From: Corynebacterium glutamicum ATCC 13032
Lineage (GTDB): Bacteria > Actinomycetota > Actinomycetes > Mycobacteriales > Mycobacteriaceae
NCBI RefSeq assembly: GCF_000011325.1
Contig: NC_003450.3
Span: 2,700,001-2,732,000, forward strand
Direction of reading: 5' to 3'
Length of the DNA stretch: 32,000 nucleotides
Below, piece after piece: positions 1 through 12,697 of this stretch; the first letter of the stretch is position 1; the number at the start of each line of letters is the position of its first letter. Below the pieces are notes generated by a model that did not search any database, was not told the DNA's origin, and worked only from the letters and a program-made list of their open reading frames with translations. The position numbers and the translations under genes were made by a program.

Positions 1-2485
1 CAGCGGAACCAACAAGCATCAGTCCGACCTGACCCCACGGGATACTAACCGCAGCGTCTAGTCCTTCGCCTGACATCACTGTCACAAAGGCCCAGCCCAG
101 ACCAAGACCAATCGCGATACCAATCACAGCACCGTAGATGGCGATCTGAACAGATTCTAAGGTGATCATGGTGCGGACCTGTCCGCGCTTCACGCCAACT
201 GCGCGGAGCATACCGATCTCCTGGCGACGCTCGATCACATTCAGTGCCAGGGTGTTGATGATGCCGATGATGGCAACAATGACAGACAGAGCAAGCAGCG
301 CGTACAGAATGTTCATCATGGTGTCGATCATCGCAACCGTTTCACCAGCGAACTCGGTTGCTGATTTCACAGAGATGACAATGTAATCAGCGACTGCGTC
401 TTCCAAGTTGGTGCGCAGTTGTTCCTTATCAAAGCCTTCTTCGCCTACCACCAGCATCATCTGAGGAACAGCAGTGTCTGCCGCTGGTGTATCAGCCAAG
501 GAACTTTCGGAGATGATCATATTTCCGATGGCGTCGTTTCCGGTGAAGGTACCGATCAACTCGATATCGCCGATGGTCTGCCCCATTGATTCAAGCTGCA
601 GAGTATCGCCTACTGCCCAGCCGTTTTCATCAGCAAACGTCTGGTTAGTCACAACACCTGGGTTGCTCAAGTCGAGGGAGCCATCAATGCTTTCTGTGCT
701 GATGACCTTGCTCAGGTCGCCGTCAGCGACAAAGGTTACAGACTGGCCCAGCTGGCTGTATGAAGCCTGACCGTTCACCGAGGCAGAGTTCATGGAAACG
801 AGCACGACATCGGCAACGCCCTCAGCATCGCGAACATCATTGACAGATTCCTTCGGCATGGTGATGGAACCGTTGGTTGGTCCCTGCAGGATGTAATCTG
901 CGGTGTACTGCTCCGCCATCATGTCGGAGACTGCGTCCTTCATGGTTGCAGAAAGCATGCCAATTGCAGTCACTAAGGCAATGCCCAACGTCAGTGCGAA
1001 CGCTGTAGTTGCGGTACGGCGAGGGTTTCGCTTGGAGTTGGTCGCAGCAAGGCTTCCAACGCTGCCAAACGGTGCACCGATAACCTTGCCCAGGCCACCC
1101 ACCACAGGCATGGAGAGCGCTGGTGAGAAGAGGAACGTACCCACGATGACAAACAGTGCACCAATGCCCACCAGGATGGAACGAGTAGCGGTGGAAGAAT
1201 CAGTCATCATCGCACCGGCAATCGCAAAGATGATGCCGAGTGCTAGAACGATGCCACCGGTGATCGTGCGCCCCATCATGGAACGCATAGTGGTGGTTTC
1301 CATGTTGCGCATCGCTTCAACAGGCTTAACCTCACCTGCACGACGAGCCGGAGCCCACGCGCTCACAATGGTGACAACGGTGCCCAATACGAGCGCGGTA
1401 ACCACTGCAGAAGGAGTCAAGCCAACGCTGGATCCCATCGGCATGCCCAGGTTATTGAGGACAGCTGAAATGATCGCTACGAGGCCCATACCACCCAGCA
1501 CACCAAGAGCAGAGCCGAAGAGGCCAACGATGGTTGCTTCCAGCACCACAGAGCGAGTGATCTGTCCTGGCGCCGCACCCAGGGCTCGCAGGAGAGCGAA
1601 CTCACGCATGCGCTGAGCCACAATCATGGAGAAGGTATTCGCGATGATGAAGGTACCAACCAGCAGTGCAATGAGACCGAAGGCAACGAGGAAGTACTGC
1701 ACGAAGCTCAAGGCCTGCGTGATCATTCCTGTAGCCTGCTCGACTAGCGCTTCGCCGGTTTCTACATCAAAGTTCGATCCAAGTTCGGCAGCGAGGGCGT
1801 CGACAAGCTCTTGAGGCGTGGTGCCATCTGCAGCCGACAGCATGACGCTGGGGACGGTAGCCCCGTCGGTGTAACGCTCCAGGTAGCCAGCTTCCGACAT
1901 CTGCAGGTTCAGCGCGGTGGCCGAATCCGTCTCAGTGGTGGTCAGGCCTGTGATGGTGACGTTGTAGCGGCCACTGGAGTCCACGACCAAGATCTGGTCC
2001 CCTACTCCCAGGCCATTCGCCTCAGCGCCCGCCTTCGAGGCAAGCACCTCTTCGGTGCCAGTCGGTGCCTCTCCCTCAGCCAATTCAGGTGCCTGGGCAA
2101 CCGCGTCGTCCGCGCTGTAATAAATGCTTAACGACGATCCCCCAGTCGTTTGAATTGCCTTGGAATCAGCATCCGCCAGAACGACAGTCTGGGAACCGTT
2201 GATGTTGAGATGGTTGATGCGGGAATCCTCACGCAAAGATTCAACCGTCTCAACAGGAACACCCTGCACCTCTGATGCACCGTTTGGTGAAACCACCACA
2301 TCCACGCCGTCAAAGCTGCTGGCAATAGCCTCATCAAAAGTGGAGGACAGCGCGTTGGTAAACATCATCGCGCCGGAAACAAAAGACGTGCCGAGCACCA
2401 CTGCCAGAACTGTCAAAAACAGCCTGACCTTGTGCGCGCCAATATTGCGCAGACTGATTCTGCGCATTGTGGAACCGGAATTCAT
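1..2485 (-). CDS. ABC transporter permease, FtsX/MacB type; the C-terminal end runs off the left edge of the window
   Basis: Absent from the ORF track because it has no stop inside the window. The minus-strand ATG at 2485 overlaps the stop of the upstream ATPase gene (TAATG). Hand translation from 2485 gives MNSGSTMRRISLRNIGAHKVRLFLTVLAVVLGTSFVSGAMMFTNALSSTFDEAIASSFDGVDVVVSPNG..., a typical FtsX-family N-terminal TM helix plus periplasmic domain. The same frame at 250..181 reads LALNVIERRQEIGMLRAVGVKRG, the motif preceding an FtsX TM bundle. I translated only the two ends. All listed + ORFs in 162..2131 look like antisense artefacts. Confidence 0.85.
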   Translation of the reverse strand, partial: MNSGSTMRRISLRNIGAHKVRLFLTVLAVVLGTSFVSGAMMFTNALSSTFDEAIASSFDGVDVVVSPNGASEVQGVPVETVESLREDSRINHLNINGSQTVVLADADSKAIQTTGGSSLSIYYSADDAVAQAPELAEGEAPTGTEEVLASKAGAEANGLGVGDQILVVDSSGRYNVTITGLTTTETDSATALNLQMSEAGYLERYTDGATVPSVMLSAADGTTPQELVDALAAELGSNFDVETGEALVEQATGMITQALSFVQYFLVAFGLIALLVGTFIIANTFSMIVAQRMREFALLRALGAAPGQITRSVVLEATIVGLFGSALGVLGGMGLVAIISAVLNNLGMPMGSSVGLTPSAVVTALVLGTVVTIVSAWAPARRAGEVKPVEAMRNMETTTMRSMMGRTITGGIVLALGIIFAIAGAMMTDSSTATRSILVGIGALFVIVGTFLFSPALSMPVVGGLGKVIGAPFGSVGSLAATNSKRNPRRTATTAFALTLGIALVTAIGMLSATMKDAVSDMMAEQYTADYILQGPTNGSITMPKESVNDVRDAEGVADVVLVSMNSASVNGQASYSQLGQSVTFVADGDLSKVISTESIDGSLDLSNPGVVTNQTFADENGWAVGDTLQLESMGQTIGDIELIGTFTGNDAIGNMIISESSLADTPAADTAVPQMMLVVGEEGFDKEQLRTNLEDAVADYIVISVKSATEFAGETVAMIDTMMNILYALLALSVIVAIIGIINTLALNVIERRQEIGMLRAVGVKRGQVRTMITLESVQIAIYGAVIGIAIGLGLGWAFVTVMSGEGLDAAVSIPWGQVGLMLVGSA

Positions 2486-3339
2486 TAGGCAATATCCTCA
2501 ATTCCGTTCATCGTGGCCAAGATTTCCTCGATGGTGGGATCAAACAACTGGTTCACGATACGACCGTCCGCCAAGAAAATGACACGATCTGCATAGGACG
2601 CCGCCTTGGCATCGTGGGTAACGATCACAACGGTCTGATCATCCTGATCAACTGCGGTGCGCAGGATATCCAGCACTTCCCTAGAAGAGTTCGAATCCAA
2701 GTTACCGGTTGGCTCGTCGCCGAAAATGATCTCCGGACGAGACACCAACGCACGAGCACACGCCACACGCTGCTGCTGACCACCAGAGAGCTCTGCAGGA
2801 CGGTGCTTAAGGCGCTCAGTCAGACCCAGACGAGAGGTAATCTCATCGAACCACGACTGATCAATCTTGCGGCCCGCGATATCGGTAGGCAGCGTAATGT
2901 TCTCCGACGCCGTCAGAGTAGGAACCAAGTTGAACGACTGGAAAATGAATCCCAAACGATCACGACGCAAAGAGGTCATCTCTTTGTCCTTCAACCGCGA
3001 CAGATCCGTATCACCAATGAATGCCGAACCACCAGTCGCAGCATCCAGACCAGCCATGCAGTGCATCAACGTGGACTTACCCGAGCCAGAAGGACCCATG
3101 ATGGCAGTGAACTTGTTCTTCTCAAACTCCACGTTGACGTGATCCAACGCGGTGACAGTGGTATCACCCTGGCCATACGCCTTGTACAGGTTCACTGCGC
3201 GCGCAGCGGCTTCACCAGTCGAGTTATTGACAGGCTGGGAAGAGTCAATGTCAGTCTTCGGCGTAAAAGAAGAGTCCCAATTCTCCTTCGCAACATCGTC
3301 CGAATTGTTGGCAGGTGTGCTCGCGGCAGGGTTACTCAT
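2485..3339 (-). CDS. ABC transporter ATP-binding protein (MacB/LolD-like), with an N-terminal low-complexity extension of about 45 aa
   Basis: 284-aa ORF with Walker A GPSGSGKST, ABC signature LSGGQQQR, Walker B IIFGDEPTGNLD and H-loop VTHD. An AAGGAAAG RBS-like sequence lies upstream of the ATG at 3339. The gene is translationally coupled to the permease. Confidence 0.95.
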   Translation of the reverse strand: MSNPAASTPANNSDDVAKENWDSSFTPKTDIDSSQPVNNSTGEAAARAVNLYKAYGQGDTTVTALDHVNVEFEKNKFTAIMGPSGSGKSTLMHCMAGLDAATGGSAFIGDTDLSRLKDKEMTSLRRDRLGFIFQSFNLVPTLTASENITLPTDIAGRKIDQSWFDEITSRLGLTERLKHRPAELSGGQQQRVACARALVSRPEIIFGDEPTGNLDSNSSREVLDILRTAVDQDDQTVVIVTHDAKAASYADRVIFLADGRIVNQLFDPTIEEILATMNGIEDIA

Positions 3340-3522
3340 GAACTACGATGCTTTCCTTAAATTCAATCTTGAAAACGTCAGGCCATTTTAGAAAAACAGC
3401 CCAGGTACTCCTGCCAGGGTACCGGAGCCAAAGGACATACGAATCAGGGAAGACCCCCAATTAAAAATTTATTTGTCGACCACCATCGATAAGCCAAAAC
3501 AGCTCTTCATGCTGGCAAAAAG

Positions 3523-3576
3523 TTTGTGCTTGTCGACGCTTGCCCCCAGGCGCAGGTGCCGCGTGCACAAGGGGCC
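3523..3576. repeat. Block A copy 1: a ~54-nt conserved element downstream of rrn copy 1 (partner at 12449..12501)
   Basis: tttgtgcttgtcgacgcttgcccccaggcgcaggtgccgcgtgcacaaggggcc aligns with tttgtgcttgtcgacgcttacccccagggatcggtgccgcgtgcacaggggtc. The potential stem GCCCC/GGGGC (3542-3546 with 3571-3575) becomes ACCCC/GGGGT in copy 2. Confidence 0.6.
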
Positions 3577-3594
3577 CAAGACCCCCACAAACAC

Positions 3595-3648
3595 AAAAAA
3601 GAGAGGGTGCGGTGAACACACAACCATGTGTATCCACCACACCCCCTC
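3595..3648 (-). terminator. Hairpin B copy 1: a second rho-independent-type terminator downstream of rrn copy 1
   Basis: Imperfect stem (3603-3616 with 3633-3648) around the loop cacacaaccatgt. The minus-strand reading is followed by TTTTTTGTGTTTG (the A-run at 3595-3600 on +). The C x A mismatch on + (3610/3639) becomes G.U on the minus transcript. Confidence 0.5.
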
Positions 3649-3650
3649 AA

Positions 3651-3686
3651 ACACGAATAAACCCAGAAACACACAGTGTTTCTGGG
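3651..3686 (-). terminator. rrn copy 1 terminator T1, immediately 3' of the 5S rRNA
   Basis: Perfect 10-bp stem cccagaaaca (3662-3671) with tgtttctggg (3677-3686) and a 5-nt loop. On the minus strand it is followed by TTTATTCGTGTTT. Confidence 0.6.
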
Positions 3687-3710
3687 CTTATCCATACTAT
3701 TTTAAGTTTT

Positions 3711-3830
3711 TGGTCGGCGGTAACCTACTCTCCCACACCCTCCCGAGTGCAGTACCATCAGCGTAACCAGGCTTAGCTTCCGGGTTCGGAAAGGGACCGG
3801 GCGTTTCCCTGCTACTATCACCACCGACAC
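3711..3830 (-). rRNA. rrf: 5S rRNA (copy 1)
   Basis: The reverse complement reads GTGTCGGTGGTGATAGTAGCAGGGAAACGCCCGGTCCCTTTCCGAACCCGGAAGCTAAGCCTGGTTACGCTGATGGTACTGCACTCGGGAGGGTGTGGGAGAGTAGGTTACCGCCGACCA. The helix I ends pair with each other. Confidence 0.9.
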
Positions 3831-3947
3831 AACCACACACCAAACCAACCAACAGGTTGGTTGTGTTGTGTCAGACACTGCATAATGGACGCGAACACTT
3901 TATGTGTTAATTTGTTTTCGTTACGTTGCGTTACACCAAACCGTAAT

Positions 3948-7037
<3,090 letters not shown>

Positions 7038-7420
7038 AAATACTATAACCCACACACAAAGTGCGGGCGCGTTCGGTATCACACAACAAAAAACAAAAAA
7101 ATAAAGATGCTCGCGTCCACTATACAGTTCTCACACAACACACCACCCCCACCACAACCAAAGAACACAACATTCTCTACCCGTGTTGACGATGCTCGAT
7201 GTTAGAAACAACCCACACACACCACCAAAAGGTGATGCTTGCGATGTCATTCCAGACACCCAACAGCATGCCACCTATTAATCACAGCACTGTTTGCTGT
7301 GTTGTTGTCACCCGAGGGGTCATCTCCACCCGATTAAAAATATGTTGATGGCAACCACATACGGGTTCCAACACCAACAACCCACCAACCAGACACAGTC
7401 TGATGTGGGTTAATAAAGCT

Positions 7421-8950
<1,530 letters not shown>

Positions 8951-9286
8951 AAACAATAAATAGATTGTTTAGGCCGTGAAAAGCCCAACACCTGACAAAA
9001 ACAACAACACCCCCACCAACCACACACAAAGGTGACAGTTGGAGAATGGGGTGTTACTGGCATTATCAAAAAATAATGATTCTAAAAAAACACCACAACC
9101 CACATAAGGATCATCGTGTCTTCAACGTGGGCCTAGTCCCTTGACGGGGAACAAGCAGACCCACAAAATCATGCCAACAATAAGATTATTGTTTACAGTG
9201 ATGGATAATTTGGCGATCCACCACCCGGCATGACCCACCACACATCACCCAAGGTGATCTGTGGTAGTGACAAAAATAATAAATGG

Positions 9287-9311
9287 CACACTATTGAGTT
9301 CTCAAACAACA
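9287..9311 (-). promoter_or_regulatory. BoxA-like conserved rrn leader element (copy 1)
   Basis: The minus strand reads TGTTGTTTGAGAACTCAATAGTGTG. This matches my recollection of the leader motif conserved upstream of 16S in mycobacteria and other actinobacteria, described as a BoxA-type antitermination region. It is identical in copy 2. Confidence 0.5.
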
Positions 9312-9371
9312 TACGCACACCATAAGAGCATCAACATTGTTTGTGTTGGTGTCTTGTTGGCAGCTTGTTCA

Positions 9372-9401
9372 ACGTTACTTCATCTTGTTTACTTTCACCA
9401 A
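9372..9401 (-). promoter_or_regulatory. Candidate proximal rrn promoter (copy 1)
   Basis: The minus strand reads TTGGTG-N18-TAACGT. The same architecture (TTGCTT-N18-TAAAGT) and a conserved downstream GAACAAGCTGC occur at the equivalent place in copy 2, within otherwise diverged sequence. No experimental support. Confidence 0.3.
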
Positions 9402-9525
9402 ATCGGTGTTTGTTGACTTCGATGAAGTGTTGTTGGTTTGTCGAGCGTTTGTTTTCCTAGATCCGCCTCACTGTCCACATAATCTCTTATGTGTTGGGGC
9501 GTTGTTGGTCGCGCTGACTGGAATT

Positions 9526-9554
9526 AATTTACACACCCGCCCAACAGTCCGCAA
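9526..9554 (-). promoter_or_regulatory. Candidate distal rrn promoter (copy 1)
   Basis: The minus strand reads TTGCGG-N17-TAAATT, followed by a conserved AATTC-AGTCAGCGC. Copy 2 has TTGTGC-N17-TAGATT followed by the same block. Confidence 0.3.
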
Positions 9555-9762
9555 CTGCCCAGGTCAAGCGCTCTTCTTACCGGGCCACGCCCGGCAAGAA
9601 TGCGTGGTGAGGACGTGGGGCGGCGTCGATAAGCGGAAATCTTGAAATATTTAGGTGTGATCTTTTGGGGGGAGGTATTTAATGATCCTACCAATCCTTT
9701 AGTTTCGTCTGTAGAGCGATGTGTGACGCAAGTTTTAAGACTCTAAACCCACGTCACAAGAA

Positions 9763-10559
9763 ATGAGGGGTGCTTTGTTTACTATCACTGGTTTTGCAGA
9801 TGAGATCGCACATGATCTCGACGAACAGATTTCCTTACTTAATAAACTGAAGAACAGCTCGCGGAAGCTAAAGCCAAATTGGATGCCGCAGGAATTTCAC
9901 TTTCAGCCGTTGGATCCGACTTCGGCAAGATCAACATCACCGATCCTTTTGAAGATCACTTGGAGCGCGCACGCCACGGTGTTGAGGTCGCTAAGCTCTT
10001 CGGCGCGAAATACATCCGCATGTTCTCCTTCTTTATTGCAGAAGGCGACAACCCTGAAAGCTTCCGCAAAGAAGTACTCTCCCGCACCCACGCAATGGTC
10101 GAACTCGCAGAAGCCGGCGGCATCACCCTCCTCCACGAAAATGAAAAGGGAATCTATGGCGACTCCCCGCAGCGCGTGAAGGATTTAATCACCAGCATCG
10201 ACTCCCCTAACTACCGCGCAATCTACGACGCAGCTAACTACGTGCAAACCGGATTCAAGCCTTTTGATGAGGCATGGCCGATCGTTAAGGACTACGTCGA
10301 CTACGTCCACATCAAGGACGCGACCATTCCAGATGCAGAGCACCCCATCGGAATCATCAAGCCAGCAGGACAAGGCGACGGCCAATACCCAGAGCTCCTT
10401 GCCGCGCTAAACGCCGACGGTTACAACGGATTCGTCTCCATCGAGCCTCACCTGGGTGACTTCGATGAATTCGGCGGACTCTGCGGACCTGACCTGTGGA
10501 CCAGCGCATGCGACGCTCTCGCAGGAATCCTGAACAACATCAACGCCGAGTACAACTAA
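9763..10559 (+). pseudogene. Sugar-phosphate isomerase/epimerase (xylose-isomerase-like TIM barrel), split by an internal out-of-frame deletion
   Basis: The frame starting at ATG 9763 gives MRGALFTITGFADEIAHDLDEQISLLNKL and then degenerates into S/P/T/A-rich out-of-frame-looking sequence. The rest of the domain (TEEQLAEAKAKLDAAGISLSAVGSDFGK...HENEKGIYG...HIKD...SIEPH) is in another frame. That frame is open only from 9846 (stop taa at 9843-9845) and has no ATG or RBS of its own. The junction is near 9841-9850. Confidence 0.6.
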
Positions 10560-10571
10560 GGACAACTGATA

Positions 10572-11312
10572 ATGACAAATGCTGCAATTGTCGGATGAGG
10601 AGACGTCGCAACCGTTCATACAGAAGCGCTGGAAGCTTTGGCTTCCGATCTTGGTATTAAGTTCGTCGCAGTGGTGGATAAAGATCTAGAGACTGCTGAG
10701 AAATTTGCGACGGGACTTGGAGCTGCTGGCGATTCTTCAGAAAGCAGCGTCAAGGCCCACGGCAGCCTGCCGGCTTTGTTCTCCAAAAAGAAGATCGATG
10801 TTCTACACATCACCACCCCCCACGACCAACACATTGGTTTGGCTCTCGAAGCGCTACACCACGGTGTAAATGTCATCCTGGAAAAGCCGTTGGCTAATGA
10901 GTTGGACCAGGCGCAGCGTCTCATCGACTACTTGGATGAAAACCCCGATGGTCCAAAGATTGCAGTGTGCTATCAGAACCGTTACAACGTTTCCTCCCAG
11001 GAACTGCGTCGTCTGCTCGATTCAGGTGACCTCGGTGCCATCAATGGTGCATATTCCTCTGTGGTGTGGACCCGCACCCCAGGCTACTACACCCAGAAAC
11101 CTTGGCGTGGCCAGCAAGCACACTCCGGTGGTGGCCTGCTGATGAACCAAGCAATTCACACCCTGGATCTGCTGCAGTGGTTCCTTGGAAAGGCAACAGA
11201 AGTCAAGGGCACTGTCTCCACCGATAAGTATGCCGATGTCATCGATGTTGAAGACACCGCACACGCATACATCGGTCACGAGTCCGGAGTCCACACCAGT
11301 GAAGTGAGTTGA
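10572..11312 (+). pseudogene. Gfo/Idh/MocA-family oxidoreductase with an in-frame TGA at codon 9 and a truncated C-terminus
   Basis: ATG 10572 (AAGGA RBS about 10 nt upstream) gives MTNAAIVG-TGA-GDVATVHTEALEALASDLGIKFVAVVDKD... The stop at 10596-10598 sits exactly where the Rossmann motif IVGCGxxA expects Cys (TGC/TGT). The ORF-track entry 10638..11312 is the same frame. The protein ends at ...EDTAHAYIGHESGVHTSEVS after about 246 codons, whereas family members are usually >320 aa. Confidence 0.7.
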
Positions 11313-11850
11313 ACCATGCTATTGGTGATACATATTACCAATATGCGCTTCTTGTAATCCAGCACACATTTAAAAAGGGGGTACCGACAGAACCTCCCTT
11401 CAAACTCCGCAAAGAAGGTCGTATCAAAGTTTCTAAATGTGGTTACCAAAGCCGAGCACGTCACCAGCGAAAATATAAGTAACTCAACTCTCAGATTTAG
11501 ACAATTCAAAGCGTTGCAAAGTAATTCACACTTAAATACGGGGTAGAGAACTCATCAATCCACGCCGCAAATCTGCCCTAAAAAAGTGGTTAGCAAGACA
11601 GCTGTTTATCAATTTTTGAGGCGAAATCTAGCCCTTCAAGGAGATGCGTAAAACGACAAACCACCAGCGCATAGAGGTAAATCATCGTTCAGGTACCTTC
11701 AAAACCTCAGTTATGCAATCGTTCTTAATCAATAATGAATGAACTTTGAAGTGAAAGAATCTCACGTCTGATCTCCCCCTGTTAAACACCAGACGAGCTT
11801 CCGCTCTGCACAAGCCGCTAGAAGCCCCGCATAGCCCTAATGTAGAGCTC

Positions 11851-12378
11851 ATGCCCATTTGGAATCACAACACCGCATATCGGCCATGGCTGGTGTCAAA
11901 GCTCAAAGGCTCAAGATCGCTTCTCGACGTCGGCTCCGGCGATCACTCCTTCGCCGACCTGGCCGGCCGCCAGGTCGCGCATGTCGATGTCGTGGATCCT
12001 CTTATTAATACAACCTTTGAAGAATTCCAGCCGACCCAAAGCTACGATGCCATCACGTTCATCGCGTCCCTCCATCACATGAACGCGGAAGAAGGACTTA
12101 ACAAAGCAGTCCGAATCCTCAATCCTGGCGGCAAGCTCCTCATCGTAGGCCTCGCCAAAAACAAAACCGCCTCCGACTGGATCATCTCCGGACTACAAGC
12201 TTTTCTCTCCCGACCAATCAGCCTCATCAATAGGGAACAACAAATCTACCCCTTCCCTACCAAAGAACCCTCAGAGAGTCTCCACGAAATACGACAACTC
12301 ACCAAGCAGCTCCTCCCTCACCGCCGTATTCGCCGTGGAATCCACTTCCGATACCTCCTCGAGTGGACAAAGCCTTAA
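11851..12378 (+). CDS. Class I SAM-dependent methyltransferase (small, 175 aa)
   Basis: Contains the N-terminal WNHNTAY motif typical of one methyltransferase subfamily, motif I LLDVGSGDH, LHHM, and PGGKLLIVGL. It appears intact but is short, and the third glycine of motif I is replaced. Confidence 0.7.
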   Translation: MPIWNHNTAYRPWLVSKLKGSRSLLDVGSGDHSFADLAGRQVAHVDVVDPLINTTFEEFQPTQSYDAITFIASLHHMNAEEGLNKAVRILNPGGKLLIVGLAKNKTASDWIISGLQAFLSRPISLINREQQIYPFPTKEPSESLHEIRQLTKQLLPHRRIRRGIHFRYLLEWTKP

Positions 12379-12393
12379 ACAGCCCTATAAACC

Positions 12394-12441
12394 AAAAAAG
12401 GGAGTGATGAGGACACACAACCATGTATCCTCACCACTCCC
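12394..12441 (-). terminator. Hairpin B copy 2
   Basis: gggagtgatgagga (12400-12413) pairs with tcctcaccactccc (12428-12441) in 13 of 14 positions. The single A x C mismatch becomes U.G on the minus transcript. The loop is cacacaaccatgta. The minus-strand reading is followed by TTTTTTGG (A-run 12394-12399 on +). It may also serve the convergent methyltransferase gene. Confidence 0.5.
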
Positions 12442-12448
12442 ACAACAC

Positions 12449-12501
12449 TTTGTGCTTGTCGACGCTTACCCCCAGGGATCGGTGCCGCGTGCACAGGGGT
12501 C
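12449..12501. repeat. Block A copy 2
   Basis: See block A copy 1. Here it lies between hairpin B and terminator T2, the opposite order to copy 1. Confidence 0.6.
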
Positions 12502-12504
12502 TAG

Positions 12505-12560
12505 AAAGCACAAAAGAGAAGAAGCACGAAACAAACACTGTCTGTTTCATGCTTCTTCTC
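12505..12560 (-). terminator. rrn copy 2 terminator T2; sequence unrelated to T1
   Basis: gagaagaagca (12516-12526) pairs with tgcttcttctc (12550-12560), extended by gaaaca/tgtttc. The C x A mismatch (12527/12549) becomes G.U on the minus strand. It is followed on the minus strand by TTTTGTGCTTTC. Confidence 0.6.
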
Positions 12561-12577
12561 ATATATTGTTAAGTTTT

Positions 12578-12697
12578 TGGTCGGCGGTAACCTACTCTCC
12601 CACACCCTCCCGAGTGCAGTACCATCAGCGTAACCAGGCTTAGCTTCCGGGTTCGGAAAGGGACCGGGCGTTTCCCTGCTACTATCACCACCGACAC
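12578..12697 (-). rRNA. rrf: 5S rRNA (copy 2)
   Basis: Identical to copy 1 at offset 8867. Confidence 0.9.

Noticed and set aside
3469-3776. Four overlapping 62-97-aa ORFs on both strands between the ABC ATPase gene and the 5S rRNA
   Set aside because: They span terminator hairpins, block A and part of the 5S gene. They are mutually overlapping in different frames, which is typical of non-coding structured DNA.
9276-9305. Good-looking promoter TTGAGA-N18-TATTAT on the minus strand inside the rrn leader
   Set aside because: The TTGAGA is part of TGTTGTTTGAGAACTCAATAGTGTG, which I recognise as the conserved BoxA-like leader element of actinobacterial rrn operons. It is therefore transcribed leader rather than a -35 box.
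10596-10598. In-frame TGA as selenocysteine or programmed read-through at a Cys position
   Set aside because: I see no convincing SECIS-type hairpin directly downstream; there is only a weak 5-bp GAAGC/GCTTC stem about 35 nt away. The position is a structural Rossmann-loop Cys, not a redox Cys. The same gene is also truncated at its 3' end and the neighbouring gene is frameshifted. As far as I recall, corynebacteria lack the Sec machinery. A nonsense mutation is the simpler reading.
11276-11509. 77-aa minus-strand ORF in the A+T-rich patch
   Set aside because: It has no recognisable domain or RBS. It overlaps the 3' end of the oxidoreductase remnant, and its composition is consistent with a chance ORF in A+T-rich DNA. 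It was left unannotated.
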